Source: Octopus bimaculoides
Taxonomy: Eukaryota
Assembly (NCBI RefSeq): GCF_001194135.2
Contig: NC_068981.1
Span: 4,387,745-4,451,744, forward strand
Length of the DNA: 64,000 nt
Direction: 5' to 3'
Shown: positions 63,253 to 64,000 of the stretch, piece by piece
Layout: each line of letters opens with the position of its first letter
How positions within the stretch are numbered: the first letter of the stretch is position 1
Position numbers and translations under genes: made by a program
The notes under the pieces: generated by a model
The model's database searches: none
The model's input: the letters and a program-made list of their open reading frames with translations, nothing else
Told to the model about the DNA's origin: nothing

Positions 63253-64000
63253 TGTCTCGTTGTTGTTGAACACCAGGTCAGCCCTAGTTGAGTAGATTAA
63301 TGACCAATGATATTCTTGTCATGACTATCTTATCGTTTTTACTTTTGTTTTAAAGAGGGTAGAGTGTGTTTGAGGAGGACTTTGTTGCTCTTTCCAGCAG
63401 ACTGTGTAGAGACTCTCATGGCTTGTGGTTGTGCCAGCTTTTCATTAATTAATCAAAATTACTCCACACTTTTTATATTTTAATATGTCTCTTCACTCCT
63501 CACACCATCTGGGCTATTTCTATTCAACTACCTCATCAACAGCCATCTTATAGCTGATAATCTCTCTCGTTCTCTCCATTACTCTTCCTCTATCCCCACT
63601 GATTCTCTTCCATCTCTCTCTCTCTCTCTGTTACCCAGTTGCTCTAGTCATCTTTCATCACTCTTCCATCTGCTGGGCATGAAACAACTTTCTGACACTG
63701 GACAGAATGCACGCAAACAACATAGGTTGGAAAGGACTCTTTGGTCTTGCCACATACGAGACAACTTCTCTAGTGCTGGTGCCATGATAAAATGCACCCA
63801 ATACACTCTGTAAAGAGACTGATGAAAGAACAAAGATAACACAGAGAGAAGGATTTAGACTTACTGAACACAAAGCACCCTCTCTAGTACTGGTGCTACA
63901 GTCAACTATTCCCAGAATACTCTGTAAGGAGGTTGGTAACAGAGAAGGCATCCAGTAGTAGAAATCAGGTCAAAAAAATGGAACATATGGCTTGTGATCC

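Overview
This is AT-rich eukaryotic genomic DNA from a gapped scaffold with 11 N-runs. The SINE, RTE and Penelope repeat landscape suggests an octopus (inference, not verified). Most of the window is intronic or intergenic and packed with tRNA-derived SINEs, 5'-truncated RTE LINE 3' ends with (GAT)n tails, hAT-, piggyBac- and Tigger-like MITEs, microsatellites and a 51-52 bp minisatellite. Host coding sequence is sparse. I found the last two coding exons of an unidentified minus-strand gene (20952-20859 spliced in phase to 14069-13789), ending in a PLDLT motif, KKKK and a long acidic tail. I also found one isolated plus-strand exon resembling WDR36/UTP21 (58064-58201). The most unusual signal is two separate ~360-bp foldback elements (735-1095 and 51956-52320), each carrying a Penelope-type minimal hammerhead ribozyme motif on both arms. 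One has a 15-bp target-site duplication; the other has an enlarged, branched stem II. A third, core-variant hammerhead-like motif lies at 52828-52864. All three read or reconstruct to a GUU cleavage triplet. Almost all ORFs in the supplied track are repeat-derived or N-gap artefacts. All alignments and family names were made by eye from memory, and repeat boundaries are approximate.
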